DNA of 64,000 bases from Dehalococcoidia bacterium (GTDB lineage Bacteria; Chloroflexota; Dehalococcoidia; Lucifugimonadales; UBA3495). The translations under genes were made by a program, and so were the position numbers. The stretch covers positions 711,081-775,080 of the forward strand of contig OZ245439.1 of assembly GCA_965226875.1 (NCBI GenBank), in the 5' to 3' direction. The notes beneath the pieces were generated by a model. It was not told where the DNA came from. It was given only the letters and a program-made list of their open reading frames with translations, and ran no database searches. Positions 47,220 through 57,654 of this stretch are shown here, piece after piece (within the stretch, counting starts at the first letter, position 1; every line of letters starts with the position of its first letter).

Positions 47220-48702
47220 TTGGTTACGGATCAGCAAGTCGCATTACTGAGGCAAAGACAGATGGAAGGAAAGAAACAACAGACGGCGGCGGCCATGGCG
47301 GGGATGAGCGAGCGGTCGGCGCGGAAGTGGCAGTGTGGCCCGTTGCCCTCGGAGACCAAGCAGGAGCGCCGGTGGCGCACCCGGCCCGATCCCTTTGACG
47401 GCGTCTGGGAGGAAGAAATCCTGCCCCTGCTCAGGGGAGAGGCCGCCGGCAGGCTCAGGGCGACGACAATTATCGAGTGGCTGGAGGAGAAATTTCCCGG
47501 CCGGTTCAGCGCCTCCCAGCTCCGCACCCTGCAACGCCGATTACAGGACTGGCGGGCACTCAACGGTCCGGATCAGGAGGTCTACTTCCCCCAGGAGCAT
47601 CCACCTGGCCGGGAGGCGCAGCTCGACTTCACCCACTGCAACTCCCTGGGAGTAACCATCGGCGGCCGGCGCTACCGCCACCTGCTGTTCCAGCTGGTGT
47701 TGAGCCATTCAGGCTGGCGCTACGCCGAGGTGGTTGCCGGCGAGACCTTTGTGGCCCTGAAGCAGGGACTCCAGAACGCGCTCTGGGAACTGGGCGGCGC
47801 GCCCCAGATCATACGCTCCGACAACAGCTCGGCCCTCACCCATGAGATAAAGCGCAGCCGCGGCCGGGCCCTGAACGACAACTACGCCGAGCTCCTGGAG
47901 CACTACGGGATCGAGGCCACGCTGATCAATTCCGGGGAATCCCACGAGAATGGCGTGGCCGAGCAGGCTCATTACCGGTTGAAGGACGCTTTGGACCAGG
48001 CCCTCATGCTGCGGGGCAGCCGCGACTTCGATTCCGCCGAGTCCTACACCGGCTTCGTCAGGAAGGTGGTTGAGCGGCGCAACCGCTTGGTGCAAGGGAA
48101 GCTGGAGCAGGAACGCCCACTTCTGCAGTGCCTGCCTCCAGCTCCCGTGCCGGAGTACGTCAACCACCAGGCCCGGGTGCGCAAGTGGAGCACCATCCAG
48201 GCAGCCGGACGGGACCTACACCGTACCCTCCCGGCTCATCGGAAAGGAGGTGCAGATACGCTTGTACGCCGAGCGTCTGGAAGTGTACTACAAGGGCCAC
48301 TTGGTGGAACGCATGGAGCGGGTGCGCGGTGAAAGGGAGGCCAACGTCAATTACCGCCACGTCATCGGCTCCCTGGTGCGCAAGCCCGGGGCCTTCGCTC
48401 GCTACCGGTTCCGGGAGCAGATGTTTCCCACCATGACTTTCCGCTTGGCCTACGACGCCCTCAAGAGGTGGCGAGGCGAACGGACTGACGTGGAGTACCT
48501 GCGGATCCTGCACCTTGCGGCGACAACTATGGAGTCGACGGTGGACAGCGCCCTAGCCCTGCTGCTGGAGGCCGGTGAGCCCTTCGACTACGCCACGGTC
48601 AAGGAACTGGCGAACCCGGCTCCGCCGCGGGCGCCGGTGCTGAGCCTGTCCGGGATGCCGGACCTGAGGGTCTACGACTCCCTGCTGGCGGGGGTGGCCT
48701 GA
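47220..48702 (+). pseudogene. istA: IS21-family transposase IstA with a 1-nt frameshift near 48205
   Basis: ORF 47220-48332 and ORF 48070-48702 join at ...VRKWSTIQAAGR|TYTVPSRLIGKEV...; an extra G sits in GGACGGGACC. Confidence 0.85.
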
Positions 48703-49478
48703 TGATGGAGGCCAACGCCATTAAGGTCCGGATCGGGGAGCTGTGCCACCAATTCCGGCTGCCCACCATGGGGGCGCAGTCGGTGTCCCGATTCACCGCC
48801 GCCGGGCACGGCGACGCCCTGGAGACCCTCTTGGAAGTGCTGGAGCAGGAGGCCGAGGACCGGAGGCAGCGCCGCATCGGCCGGCTGCGCACCGCATCCA
48901 GGCTGCCCGCCGGCAAGACCTGGGAGACCTTCGAGCACGACCGTGTGCCCCTGGCTCTGCGGCAGCAACTGGGCGAGCTGTCTGACGGCAGCTTCGTCGA
49001 CCGAGGCGTCAACGTGCTGGCCTTCGGACTGCCCGGCACCGGCAAGACCCATGCACTGTGCGCCTTGGGCCACCGGCTGGTGGAAGCCGGACGCTCGGTG
49101 CTCTTCGCCCCGGCCTACCGGCTGGTGCAGGACCTGCTCGCCGCCAAGCGGGACCTGGCGCTACCGCGACAACTACGAAAGCTCGACAACTACGACTTCC
49201 TGCTGCTGGACGACCTGGGGTACCTGCCCCAAGGGGCCGAAGAGTCCGAGGTGCTCTTCACACTCATCGCCGAACGCTACGAACGCCGGTCCCTGGGCAT
49301 CACGTCCAACCTGGTCTTCTCCCAGTGGGAGCACATCTTCGCCAACCCAATGGCCACGGCTGCGGCCATCGACCGGGTGGTCCACCACTCGGTCATCCTG
49401 GAATTCGACGTCCCCAGCTACCGCACCGGAGTGGCCCAGCAGCGCAGTCAGAAACAGGGGGTGAACCGGCAAGAATAA
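48702..49478 (+). CDS. istB: IS21-family helper ATPase IstB
   Basis: 258 aa; FGLPGTGKTHA (Walker A), FLLLDDLGY (Walker B). Confidence 0.9.
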   Translation: MMEANAIKVRIGELCHQFRLPTMGAQSVSRFTAAGHGDALETLLEVLEQEAEDRRQRRIGRLRTASRLPAGKTWETFEHDRVPLALRQQLGELSDGSFVDRGVNVLAFGLPGTGKTHALCALGHRLVEAGRSVLFAPAYRLVQDLLAAKRDLALPRQLRKLDNYDFLLLDDLGYLPQGAEESEVLFTLIAERYERRSLGITSNLVFSQWEHIFANPMATAAAIDRVVHHSVILEFDVPSYRTGVAQQRSQKQGVNRQE

Positions 49479-49572
49479 TTGACGGAACCGGCAAAAGTAG
49501 TTGACGCTGAACAGGCGGGCCTGAGCCATATCTTTTGCTGGGGCTCGTTATCTGCTTGACGGCTTTGCTCGA

Positions 49573-49749
49573 CTTTACGCAAAATCTAGGAAAAGTAATG
49601 GATGACATCACCTTTGTGCGTAGCCACTGGTGGTTGGTGTCGGAGGGTTTTTCACTATCGACCGCCAACTCCGATGTACAGAAACTCCCCGCCACTCTGT
49701 ACCATCGTATTGCAGATTCCCTCGCTTATGCCGCTTAAAATGCGTAAAG
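49573..49749 (+). mobile_element. 177-bp IS701/IS4-like deletion derivative, copy 2
   Basis: Near-identical to 38321-38497, including a few flanking bases. Confidence 0.8.
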
Positions 49750-49754
49750 TCCAG

Positions 49755-49805
49755 CTTTGCACAGTAATGTTTTTTTTCGTGTAAATGTCCATTCATTGTG
49801 CAAAG
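49755..49805. repeat. AT-rich hairpin element, copy 2
   Basis: CTTTGCACA...TGTGCAAAG, related to 31390-31443. Confidence 0.7.
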
Positions 49806-49824
49806 CCGCTCTGAGGATGCGTCG

Positions 49825-50277
49825 TTATTCCCGGGCCCACTGTGCCAGGGCCTTCTGGGGGATCTCCGAGGCCGAGGTGTGGTAGTGGTCCTGCCAGGAA
49901 TGCTCCGGTATGCCGGTGAAGAGCATCAGGTTGAGCGGGTATTCCTCGCTGTCGGTTACGCGGCGGAAGTCGTCCCGGAAGAGGAAGGTGGGTTTGCCCA
50001 GGGCGATTGCCATTCCGAGTTCGATGCAGACGCCCTCGTCGGGCGGGCAGCCGTTGACGACTGCGAAGATGGCGTCGGCCCCTTCAACGTCCCGTTTGTC
50101 GGCCTGACCGACCTCGTGGGCCCAGCCGGGCTGGCTGAAATCCACTTGGTTATTTCGTTGAAAGGGTTCCCAGACCTCCAGGCCCAGGTCGCCTAGGGCC
50201 TGGATCAGCTCGGGGAGCAGGAGCCGTTTCTGCTGTTCGGAGAACCCGTAGGGACTGGCGAGATAGATGGTCTTCAT
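49825..50277 (-). CDS. Nucleoside 2-deoxyribosyltransferase family protein
   Basis: Start MKTIYLASPYGFSEQQ (50277); ...DAIFAVVNG...DEGVCIELGMAIALGKPTFLF fits the family pattern. Confidence 0.75.
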   Translation of the reverse strand: MKTIYLASPYGFSEQQKRLLLPELIQALGDLGLEVWEPFQRNNQVDFSQPGWAHEVGQADKRDVEGADAIFAVVNGCPPDEGVCIELGMAIALGKPTFLFRDDFRRVTDSEEYPLNLMLFTGIPEHSWQDHYHTSASEIPQKALAQWARE

Positions 50278-50459
50278 GCGCCTCCGGTGGGTTCGGTGAG
50301 GATACGGGGCAGTCCCAGCATGGGGCCTGTGTCGTGGGTCGGTACGCCCTGGAGGTTCCAGTGCTTGCCGCAGGCGAGGCATTCGGCGAGCACACAGCCA
50401 CCGGTGGCAATGTGGACTATGCCGGTATCCGATGGCGGGATAGCCGGAGTTGCCCGAGA

Positions 50460-50549
50460 CAGCCGACACGGCTGTCTTTCAGTATGGATGTATTTCCTCA
50501 CGGTCTCTCTGTGGATGCCCAACTCCCTCGCCATACCTCGAATGGACAA
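50460..50549 (-). pseudogene. Short remnant of an IS21 IstA HTH
   Basis: MSIRGMARELGIHRETVRKYI, similar to 14024-14347. Nothing IstA-like follows. Confidence 0.5.
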
Positions 50550-50660
50550 CTCTTTACATACCAGCGCAGGGCAACCGCATTTGGGTTTTTGGTCGTTCCC
50601 GGCACCAACGGCTTGTTTTACTGCCGCTGCGTAACTCTGTGCCGGAAGTCTCTTCTCAGT

Positions 50661-52796
50661 TCACCGAAGAGACAGAGCGATTCGTTTGCGCTCTAGGTCG
50701 ACTTCAAGCACGGTCACCCACACTCGCTGCTGAATTTTAACGATGTCCGAGGGGTTGCTGACGAAGCGGTCCGACAGCCTGCTGATGTGAATCAACCCGT
50801 CCTGGTGTACACCCAGATCGACAAAGGCGCCAAAACCGGTCACATTGGTTACCACCCCGGGCAGCTTCATGCCTGCCGTCAGGTCCCCGATCTGGTTTAT
50901 CCCCTGGGCGAAGTGAAAGGGTTCAAATTCCTGGCGTGGATCCCGGCCGGGCCGGGCCAGTTCTTCGATGATGTCAGTCAATGTCGGCAGCCCAACGTTA
51001 TCTCTGATGTAGCGACTGGGGTCAATCCTCTGGGCCATAGCAGCATTGCCCACCATCTGCACCAGCGATTGGCCCAGGCCTTGGGCAATGGCATCGACAA
51101 CCCGGTAGGACTCGGGATGCACTGCACTGGCGTCCAGCGGATGGTCGCCGTCTCTGATGCGTAAGAACCCGGCAGCCTGCTCGAAAGCCTTGGGACCCAG
51201 GCGAGGCACTTTCTTCAGCGATTGCCGGGAGGCAAACGGGCCGTTGTCGTTCCGGTACTCCACAATTGCCTTGGCCAAACGAGGTCCAAGGCCAGAAACA
51301 TACGAGAGCAACTGGCTGCTGGCCGTGTTCAGTTCCACGCCCACGCTGTTGACGCAGCTAGCAACCACGTCGTCGAGGCGCTGCCTCAATGCTTTCTGAT
51401 CGACGTCGTGCTGGTACTGGCCCACACCGATGGACTTGGGGTCTATTTTGACCAATTCGGCCAACGGGTCCATCAGGCGCCGCCCAATGGAAACCGCCCC
51501 CCGCACGGTGATGTCCTGGTCGGGGAACTCGGTCCGCGCCGCATCCGAAGCCGAATAGACCGAGGCCCCGCTCTCGTTGACCATCACCACCGCAATCTGA
51601 GGGTCCAAATCCAGCTTCCTCAGAAAGGCTTCCGTCTCCCGGCCCGCGGTTCCGTTGCCCACCGCAATGGCTTCCACCTGGTATTGTCGGCAGAGCAGAA
51701 GCACCTTACTGGCGGCTTCCTCCCGCCCCCGCGACCCCAATAGCGGATAGACAGTATCCTGGTGCATCAGCCGGCCCTGCCGGTCCAAACAGACCAATTT
51801 GCAGCCCGCGCGGAAGCCGGGGTCCAGGGCCAGGATGTTCTTCTGGCCCAGGGCCGGAGCCAACAGCAACTGCCGCAGGTTGTCGGCGAATACCCTGATG
51901 GCCGCCTCTTCGGCGCGAAGCCTGACCTCCTTGCGGACCTCCGTTTCCATTGACGATTCCAACAGCGGCTTATAACGGTCCTTAATGGCCAGCCGAACCT
52001 GCTCAGATGCCTGGGTTGGCCCGCTAACAAAGAGCCTTTCCAGGATCGCTAACGCAGAGGAAACCGGAGGCGCTATATGCAACGAAAGCAACGCTTCCTT
52101 CTCTCCCCTGAACATGGCCAGTGCCCGGTGGGAAGGCACACCCGCAACAGGTTCCTGCCACTGGAAGTAATCCCGGTACTTGGCTGCCGCCTCTTCCTTA
52201 CCCGAAGCCACCGTCGCCGAAAATACTCCCTCGTCCCAAAACAGCTCCCGAATTGCCCGCCGCGCTGTGGCGTCCTCGCTGACCCATTCGGCGATAATGT
52301 CCCTGGCGCCGCTCAGGGCGTCCTGGACATTTTTTACCTCAGTGTCGGGGTTCACGTACTCTGCAGCAGCCAGGCCGACGTCAAAATCTTCCTGGCCCCG
52401 AATATACAGAGCCAGGGGAGCCAACCCTTTTTCCCGGGCGATGGCAGCCCGAGTGCGTCGCTTGGGCCTGAAGGGCAAATATGCGTCCTCCAGGGCTGCC
52501 AAGGATTCAGCAGAGAGAACCGCCTGACCCAGTTCCTCCGTCAGAAGACCCTGCTTTTCCAGGGAAGACAGTATGGCCTCCCGACGATCCCCGAGTTCCC
52601 GAAGCTGCGACAGACGATCCCGAATATTGGAAATCGCCACCTCGTCCAGGGTGGCGGTATTCTCCTTCCTGTAACGTGCGATGAAGGGTACGGTTGCCCC
52701 GTCGTCCAGCAAGGCAACGGTGGCCACAACTTGCCTCCGCTCCAACTGAAGCTCGTGGGCAATTTGGGGAATCAAAAAATTATTCATGTTATTCAT
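50661..52796 (-). CDS. tex: Tex-like transcription accessory protein with C-terminal S1 domain
   Basis: 711 aa; N-terminal IAHELQLERRQVVATVALLDDGATVPFIARYRKE, YqgF/HhH regions, C-terminal S1 (GVVTNVTGFGAFVDLGVHQDGLIHIS). Confidence 0.9.
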   Translation of the reverse strand: MNNMNNFLIPQIAHELQLERRQVVATVALLDDGATVPFIARYRKENTATLDEVAISNIRDRLSQLRELGDRREAILSSLEKQGLLTEELGQAVLSAESLAALEDAYLPFRPKRRTRAAIAREKGLAPLALYIRGQEDFDVGLAAAEYVNPDTEVKNVQDALSGARDIIAEWVSEDATARRAIRELFWDEGVFSATVASGKEEAAAKYRDYFQWQEPVAGVPSHRALAMFRGEKEALLSLHIAPPVSSALAILERLFVSGPTQASEQVRLAIKDRYKPLLESSMETEVRKEVRLRAEEAAIRVFADNLRQLLLAPALGQKNILALDPGFRAGCKLVCLDRQGRLMHQDTVYPLLGSRGREEAASKVLLLCRQYQVEAIAVGNGTAGRETEAFLRKLDLDPQIAVVMVNESGASVYSASDAARTEFPDQDITVRGAVSIGRRLMDPLAELVKIDPKSIGVGQYQHDVDQKALRQRLDDVVASCVNSVGVELNTASSQLLSYVSGLGPRLAKAIVEYRNDNGPFASRQSLKKVPRLGPKAFEQAAGFLRIRDGDHPLDASAVHPESYRVVDAIAQGLGQSLVQMVGNAAMAQRIDPSRYIRDNVGLPTLTDIIEELARPGRDPRQEFEPFHFAQGINQIGDLTAGMKLPGVVTNVTGFGAFVDLGVHQDGLIHISRLSDRFVSNPSDIVKIQQRVWVTVLEVDLERKRIALSLR

Positions 52797-53116
52797 GGTG
52801 GTGGACGGTCCATCGGGTATCGTTAGCTATATTGTGCATGTTGTGTATGTATGGTCCTGCAGAATCCTTGTTGAAGCAATTTTCTATTGAGCAATGGCTG
52901 TTTAGGAATGGTCCTGTGAAAAGGGACACCACCTCTCCCATCGGCAGTTCTGAGCCTCTTGGGTTGAGGCGCATCCAATCTGCCAGGTGATTCTGGACGG
53001 TTGCTGGTTCCTGCCATTTATCAAAGAGAACCCGTTTTCCCGGCACATCCAAATTTGTGGCCTTAAGAGGACTCCGTTTGATCCGCCCGCGCTGTTCCGC
53101 CTCACCGCGTATCAGG

Positions 53117-54962
53117 CCTAGAAATCTGGCCGGAAAGCCCTGTTCGTGGAGATGTATTTCGGCAGTGAGGCCAACGCAAGCAAGGCCAGGGTCAAGATTT
53201 GGCAGAGCCGCGCAGGGACGAAATCAAAGGCGGAACGGATGGTCTCGGTGCGGAGGGATCTGCCGATGCTGGAACCACCGCCGGCGCCGGCCGGCAGACC
53301 GGCCTTGGCGGCCACCAGGGTCAGGTTGGCCACCGTGGCGGCCAGGTACAACTGGAATTTCGTCTTGGCGCGCCCGAAGTAGCGGGACTGGCGGATTCCC
53401 AGTTGGACCAGCCGCGCCAGCCGGTGCTCCACCACCACCCGGCGCTGCCGGTATTCGCTAAAGGCTTCACTCTGCTGCAGGGCCCGGGCCTGCTGCAATA
53501 AAGCCTCCTGCGGGTGCAGTTGCACCGTCCGTCCTGTGCCCGGCGCCGCGGCCACGCACTGGGTCCGCAGCGGGCACACCCCGCAGACCGCTCCATCGAA
53601 CTGGAAGGCCTTCAGTTGGTGCGTCCGGCCTGTTGCTGCGGTGCGAGTACCCAAGGGCCGGATTCTCCCGGGTAACGTTCCCCACCGGACAGGTGCAGGT
53701 GCCCGCCTCCAGGTCGATATGGAAGTCCTCTTTCGGAAAGTGTTTCCGGTTTGGGCGTCCCGGCACCCTGGCAATCAGGGTGCGGCCTGCGTCGGCGAAG
53801 GCCTGCCTGGTATCGCCGTCGCCGTAGGCGGCATCGCCCATGGCCTCCTCTACCGGCACACCGGCGTTGGCTTCGCTCTGCTCCACCAGTTCCAGCGCCC
53901 CCAGATTGTCGGGAGCGTTGCCGGGCAATACCTCCATGGCGGTGATCAGCTGGGTGCCGGTGTCCACCACAATCGCCGCCTTGTGCCCGTCGAAACGTCT
54001 ACTCCTGCTCTTGTGGCCGTGGCGCATCTCAAGGTCATGCACCGACATCATACGGTCCCGGCTCACCCCATCCTTGAGGCTCACTCCGTCATCAGTGCGC
54101 TCCACGTCCTGGAGCAGCAACCGGCCCAGCAACTCCGCCGCCGCCACTATCTGCTGACGCTCCTCACCGTTCTCCCCCAGCGCCTGCCGCGACAACTCCA
54201 GCAGCCGGTCCGCGTCGGCCACAATCCCGGCCAGCAGGGCCGTGCGCGCCCGATTGTCCGACCAGTCCATGGCCGCCTCGCCCTTGATGCTGGAGGCCAG
54301 GTACCGCCCGTATCACCGGGCCTTGGCCCATTTCCCGGCGCTGATTCCCTCAACCTGCGACAGCACCCGCAGCAGCTTGACGATCCCGTCGGTCAACAGG
54401 TTGTAAGTGTCCCTCACCGCGCCCCGGCCCAGGATGTTGGTTGTGTCCAGCGCCACCCGCATGCTCCGTCTTTTCAGGTACCCCGACTCCCGGGCCAGCC
54501 ACAGGCTGGACTCGAACACCTCCCGCACCTTGTCGTGCAGGATCAGCTGGGCGCGAAACACCTGGAGCGTGTTCTTGGCGAAGGGCCTATCCTCCACCTC
54601 AATCCCCAACGCCACTTTCCAGCGGATGTCGAAGTCGGCCCGGGCCTTGGCCTCGGCGTCACTCACCTTGTCGTGGGACTGGAGCAGGGAGCCGTGGCCA
54701 GCAGGCTGGGCGGTACGCTGTCCCTGCCGTTGTCCAAGAAGTAGAACGCCGCGAAATCGGCGTCCCGGAACAACCGGCCCCGCAGTGATGCCATCAGACC
54801 GTAGAAAGTGTCCCGCCCCACATGGTCCAGGTACAACCGGTCCGCTTCCCAGAGGCCCCTCTGGTCCGAACGCTCTCCCAGCATTCTCAGCCCTCGCTAT
54901 GCTTTTTGACCCCAAGTATAGCCGCTGGCCGGCCAACGCCACTTTCCGGCCAGATTTCTAGG
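53117..54962 (-). mobile_element. IS5/IS1182-like element
   Basis: Perfect 21-bp terminal IRs CCTAGAAATCTGGCCGGAAAG (53117-37) / CTTTCCGGCCAGATTTCTAGG (54942-62), possibly 23 bp with flanking GG/CC. Confidence 0.85.
53118..54884 (-). pseudogene. IS5/IS1182-like transposase with several frameshifts
   Basis: Pieces in three frames: InsH-N-like ...GRDSVPPSLLATA.. / LLQSHDKVSDAEAKARADFDIRWKVALG; DDE core ...DAAYGDGDTR...; C-terminal ...CPLRTQC...RRVVVEHRLARL.... Confidence 0.8.
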
Positions 54963-57654
54963 CCGAGCGGAGAGACTCGGCATCGGCCGAGGCGAGCTGC
55001 AGCTGGTGCGCGCCGAGACCCTCGAAGAGTTGCTCGCGACAGGTGAAAACCAGGATCTGTACGCGCTGAGCAGCGTGCGAGAGGATGTCGAACATCAGCC
55101 GCATCCGCTGGTCGTCGGAAAACACGAGCGCATCGTCCAGGATCACGGCGGCGGGTGCGCCTTGATCAATCAGCATTTCAGCGAAGGCCAAGCGAACGAG
55201 GACGGCGATCTGTTCCTGAGTACCAATGCTCAGATGATCGAAGCTTTCTTCGTATCCCGCGTGGCGGGACATGCCGGTGATGTACAGGTCTTCGTTTATG
55301 CCGATTTCGGCGTTGGGGAAGAGCATTTGGAGGTACGGATGGACGCGATTGACGACTGGGGCGAGGTAGCGCTCTCTGGCTTCGCTCTCGGCCGCGCGAA
55401 GCGTCTCGGACAGGAGGTCAAGGACCTCCAGTTCGCGTTCAAAACGGTCGCGTCGGCGTGTCGCTTGTTCGAGTTCGTGCTGCGTATGTTCGATGGCTTC
55501 GTCAATGCCGGCGCTATCGTGAACTTCGATGCGTTCACGCAGGCGGACGCTCTCGATTCTCAAGTCAACTCGTGAGCTTGCGCGTTGCTCGATCGCCGTC
55601 TGCAGTCGTGAGATCCGAGCTTCCAGTTGCGTCCTGGCGCTGGACGGTCGCTCCTCCTCCAGCGAGGAGACGGCTTGTTGTTGTTCCGTCACAGCCTGCG
55701 CCGCTGTTTCAGACGCCGCTGCGAGTTGCTGATCGGGTACGGCTTCGGCATCGCTCCGGAGCCTTTCATCGCGCCTTTCAACCAACTCGGTTTGACTATC
55801 CACAGCGTTTTGCAGTGTGCGCACTTCTACACTGAGGTCTGCGACGGCGCGTGCCCTCCCATTCACTGCCTCGCGAGCGATCCGTTCCTCGTCCCTCGCC
55901 TTCTGTAGTTCTGACTGAGCCGAGTCCAAGGCAGCCTCTGCGTGATCCCTCTGCGGTACCTGAACCGTATCCTCTTCTGCCGGCAAGGCCTCCAGTGCTT
56001 GGCGCAACTCGTCGATTCGTGGCTGCAGTGTCGGTGCGCTACCGGGCGGCGCGAGCCGCTCCAGTTCCCGACGGGCTGCGCTGGCAGTAGCCTCGAGATC
56101 GCGCCGTTGGTCACGCAGGATCTGTGCGTCGACAAGCGTGTTCGCACCGACTTCACTGAGTGCGGCATGAAGCTCTGCTCTTGCTTCCCGTTCTGCGCGC
56201 AAGAGCTGATCGCGGTCAGCGACGGCCGGCTCGATGAGAATCCGTCCCCGCTCGGGGATGGTGATGGCGACCGGCTCGACCGCCTCGACCGTCGTGGGCG
56301 GGTCTGTCAACGGAACGCCGTCGGCCTCAATGCCGGCAAGACGGTCGCTGGGGATCTCAAAGCTGATACGAGTGGCCGCGACACTGAGCCGGGCATTTGC
56401 CTGCTCGGCGATGTCGGCGGCATGGCGGATGCGTTGTAGAGATTCGTCCGTGACCTTTATCTGCTCCGACTGACGCTGGGCATCAGCGAATCGTTCCTGC
56501 GCAGCTTCGACATCGCTTTGCTGGCGGAGCAGGTCGTTCAACTCTGCGGAGCGAGTGATTCGATCTAGGATACGGCGCCAGCTTGCCTCGGACAGCATTG
56601 CTGCTTCAACGGCTGCTTCGGCGTTGGTCGCAACCTGCCGAAGCTCTTCTAGTGAGGCCAGCGATTCTCGCTCGTGTTCTTGCAGTTCCTTCAAGCGCTC
56701 GGTCTCTTGTCTCAACTGATCCTGATCCGTCTTGAGCTCTGCTCGCCGGGATCCGCGCTCGGATTGGGCGCGTTCGGCTTGCTCCAACTGCCCCTGCCGG
56801 TTCTGCAGTTCGCTGCGAGCCACCTCTAGCTGCAGGTCGTGCCGCATCACCTCGTCAAGCTGGTCCTGAGCCTCCTTACGTTCCTCCTGATCGATTCGGT
56901 CCTGACTGCCCTCCTCCAGCCGCTTGAGCCGTCCTGCCGTCTCCGCCAACTGCTCGAGCGTTTGCGACATCACCTTCTGTTGCTGTTGTTGCTCGCTGAG
57001 ACGTTTTTCGAGATCACTGACATTATCAAGCGTTTCCTTGTATACGCCGCGCGGCCGACGCTGGGCCGCAGTTACAAATTCGCCCCGCTGTTGTTCGATG
57101 ACCTGCGGCAACTCTCTGCCACGCCGGCCGCCCAGGACCGTGCCGACCTCGGACTCCAGCCCGGCGCTGAGACTCGCCAGTGCCGAATGGGGCAGGTGCG
57201 GTCTGCCGAATGACTGTCCCTGCTGAACCCAGAGGACGCCCCACATGCCAAGCGTTTCCGAAGTCGCCCCCCGGTTGCCGGCCTCGGAGAAACCCAGAAG
57301 GTTGCGCAACTTGTTTTCGGCAGCGTCCGCTTCGAGCAGTGTTCCATCAGGGCATTGCAGCCGCGCAAGGGGGCTCTTGACGAAGCGCTTGGTCAGCGTG
57401 TACTCAGCGCCATTGACTTGAAACACCAGTTCAACGACCGGTGCCGCGCCACTTCGATCGTTCTGCAGTGCCCTGATTGGCCCCGCCCCGGAGCTGTAGC
57501 GCTCGAACAGCACTGCTCGAAGCGCATCCAACAGGGTCGATTTGCCAAGCTCGTTCGGCCCAACGACCAGATTGAGACCGTCGCCGAGCTCGCCCAACTG
57601 TGTCGGCACGGTGAAGCACTTGAACTGGTTGACTGAGAGCTTGCGCAGTTTCAT
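54958..57654 (-). CDS. SbcC/Rad50-like AAA ATPase with long coiled coil
   Basis: 898 aa; MKLRKLSVNQFKCF...VVGPNELGKSTLLDA (Walker A), about 600 aa coiled coil, LSIGTQEQ (signature-like), VILDDALVFSDD (Walker B). The stop TAG lies in the IS terminal repeat. Confidence 0.8.
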   Translation of the reverse strand: MKLRKLSVNQFKCFTVPTQLGELGDGLNLVVGPNELGKSTLLDALRAVLFERYSSGAGPIRALQNDRSGAAPVVELVFQVNGAEYTLTKRFVKSPLARLQCPDGTLLEADAAENKLRNLLGFSEAGNRGATSETLGMWGVLWVQQGQSFGRPHLPHSALASLSAGLESEVGTVLGGRRGRELPQVIEQQRGEFVTAAQRRPRGVYKETLDNVSDLEKRLSEQQQQQKVMSQTLEQLAETAGRLKRLEEGSQDRIDQEERKEAQDQLDEVMRHDLQLEVARSELQNRQGQLEQAERAQSERGSRRAELKTDQDQLRQETERLKELQEHERESLASLEELRQVATNAEAAVEAAMLSEASWRRILDRITRSAELNDLLRQQSDVEAAQERFADAQRQSEQIKVTDESLQRIRHAADIAEQANARLSVAATRISFEIPSDRLAGIEADGVPLTDPPTTVEAVEPVAITIPERGRILIEPAVADRDQLLRAEREARAELHAALSEVGANTLVDAQILRDQRRDLEATASAARRELERLAPPGSAPTLQPRIDELRQALEALPAEEDTVQVPQRDHAEAALDSAQSELQKARDEERIAREAVNGRARAVADLSVEVRTLQNAVDSQTELVERRDERLRSDAEAVPDQQLAAASETAAQAVTEQQQAVSSLEEERPSSARTQLEARISRLQTAIEQRASSRVDLRIESVRLRERIEVHDSAGIDEAIEHTQHELEQATRRRDRFERELEVLDLLSETLRAAESEARERYLAPVVNRVHPYLQMLFPNAEIGINEDLYITGMSRHAGYEESFDHLSIGTQEQIAVLVRLAFAEMLIDQGAPAAVILDDALVFSDDQRMRLMFDILSHAAQRVQILVFTCREQLFEGLGAHQLQLASADAESLRSA

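Larger units (their letters stand above)
47135..49513 (+). mobile_element. IS21-family element (2379 bp), second type
   Basis: Ends TGATCAACGACAATTAGTCTTGCCGGT / ACCGGCAAAAGTAGTTGACGCTGAACA; possible 5-bp duplication GGCGG. A second copy's right end is at 63839-64000. Confidence 0.85.
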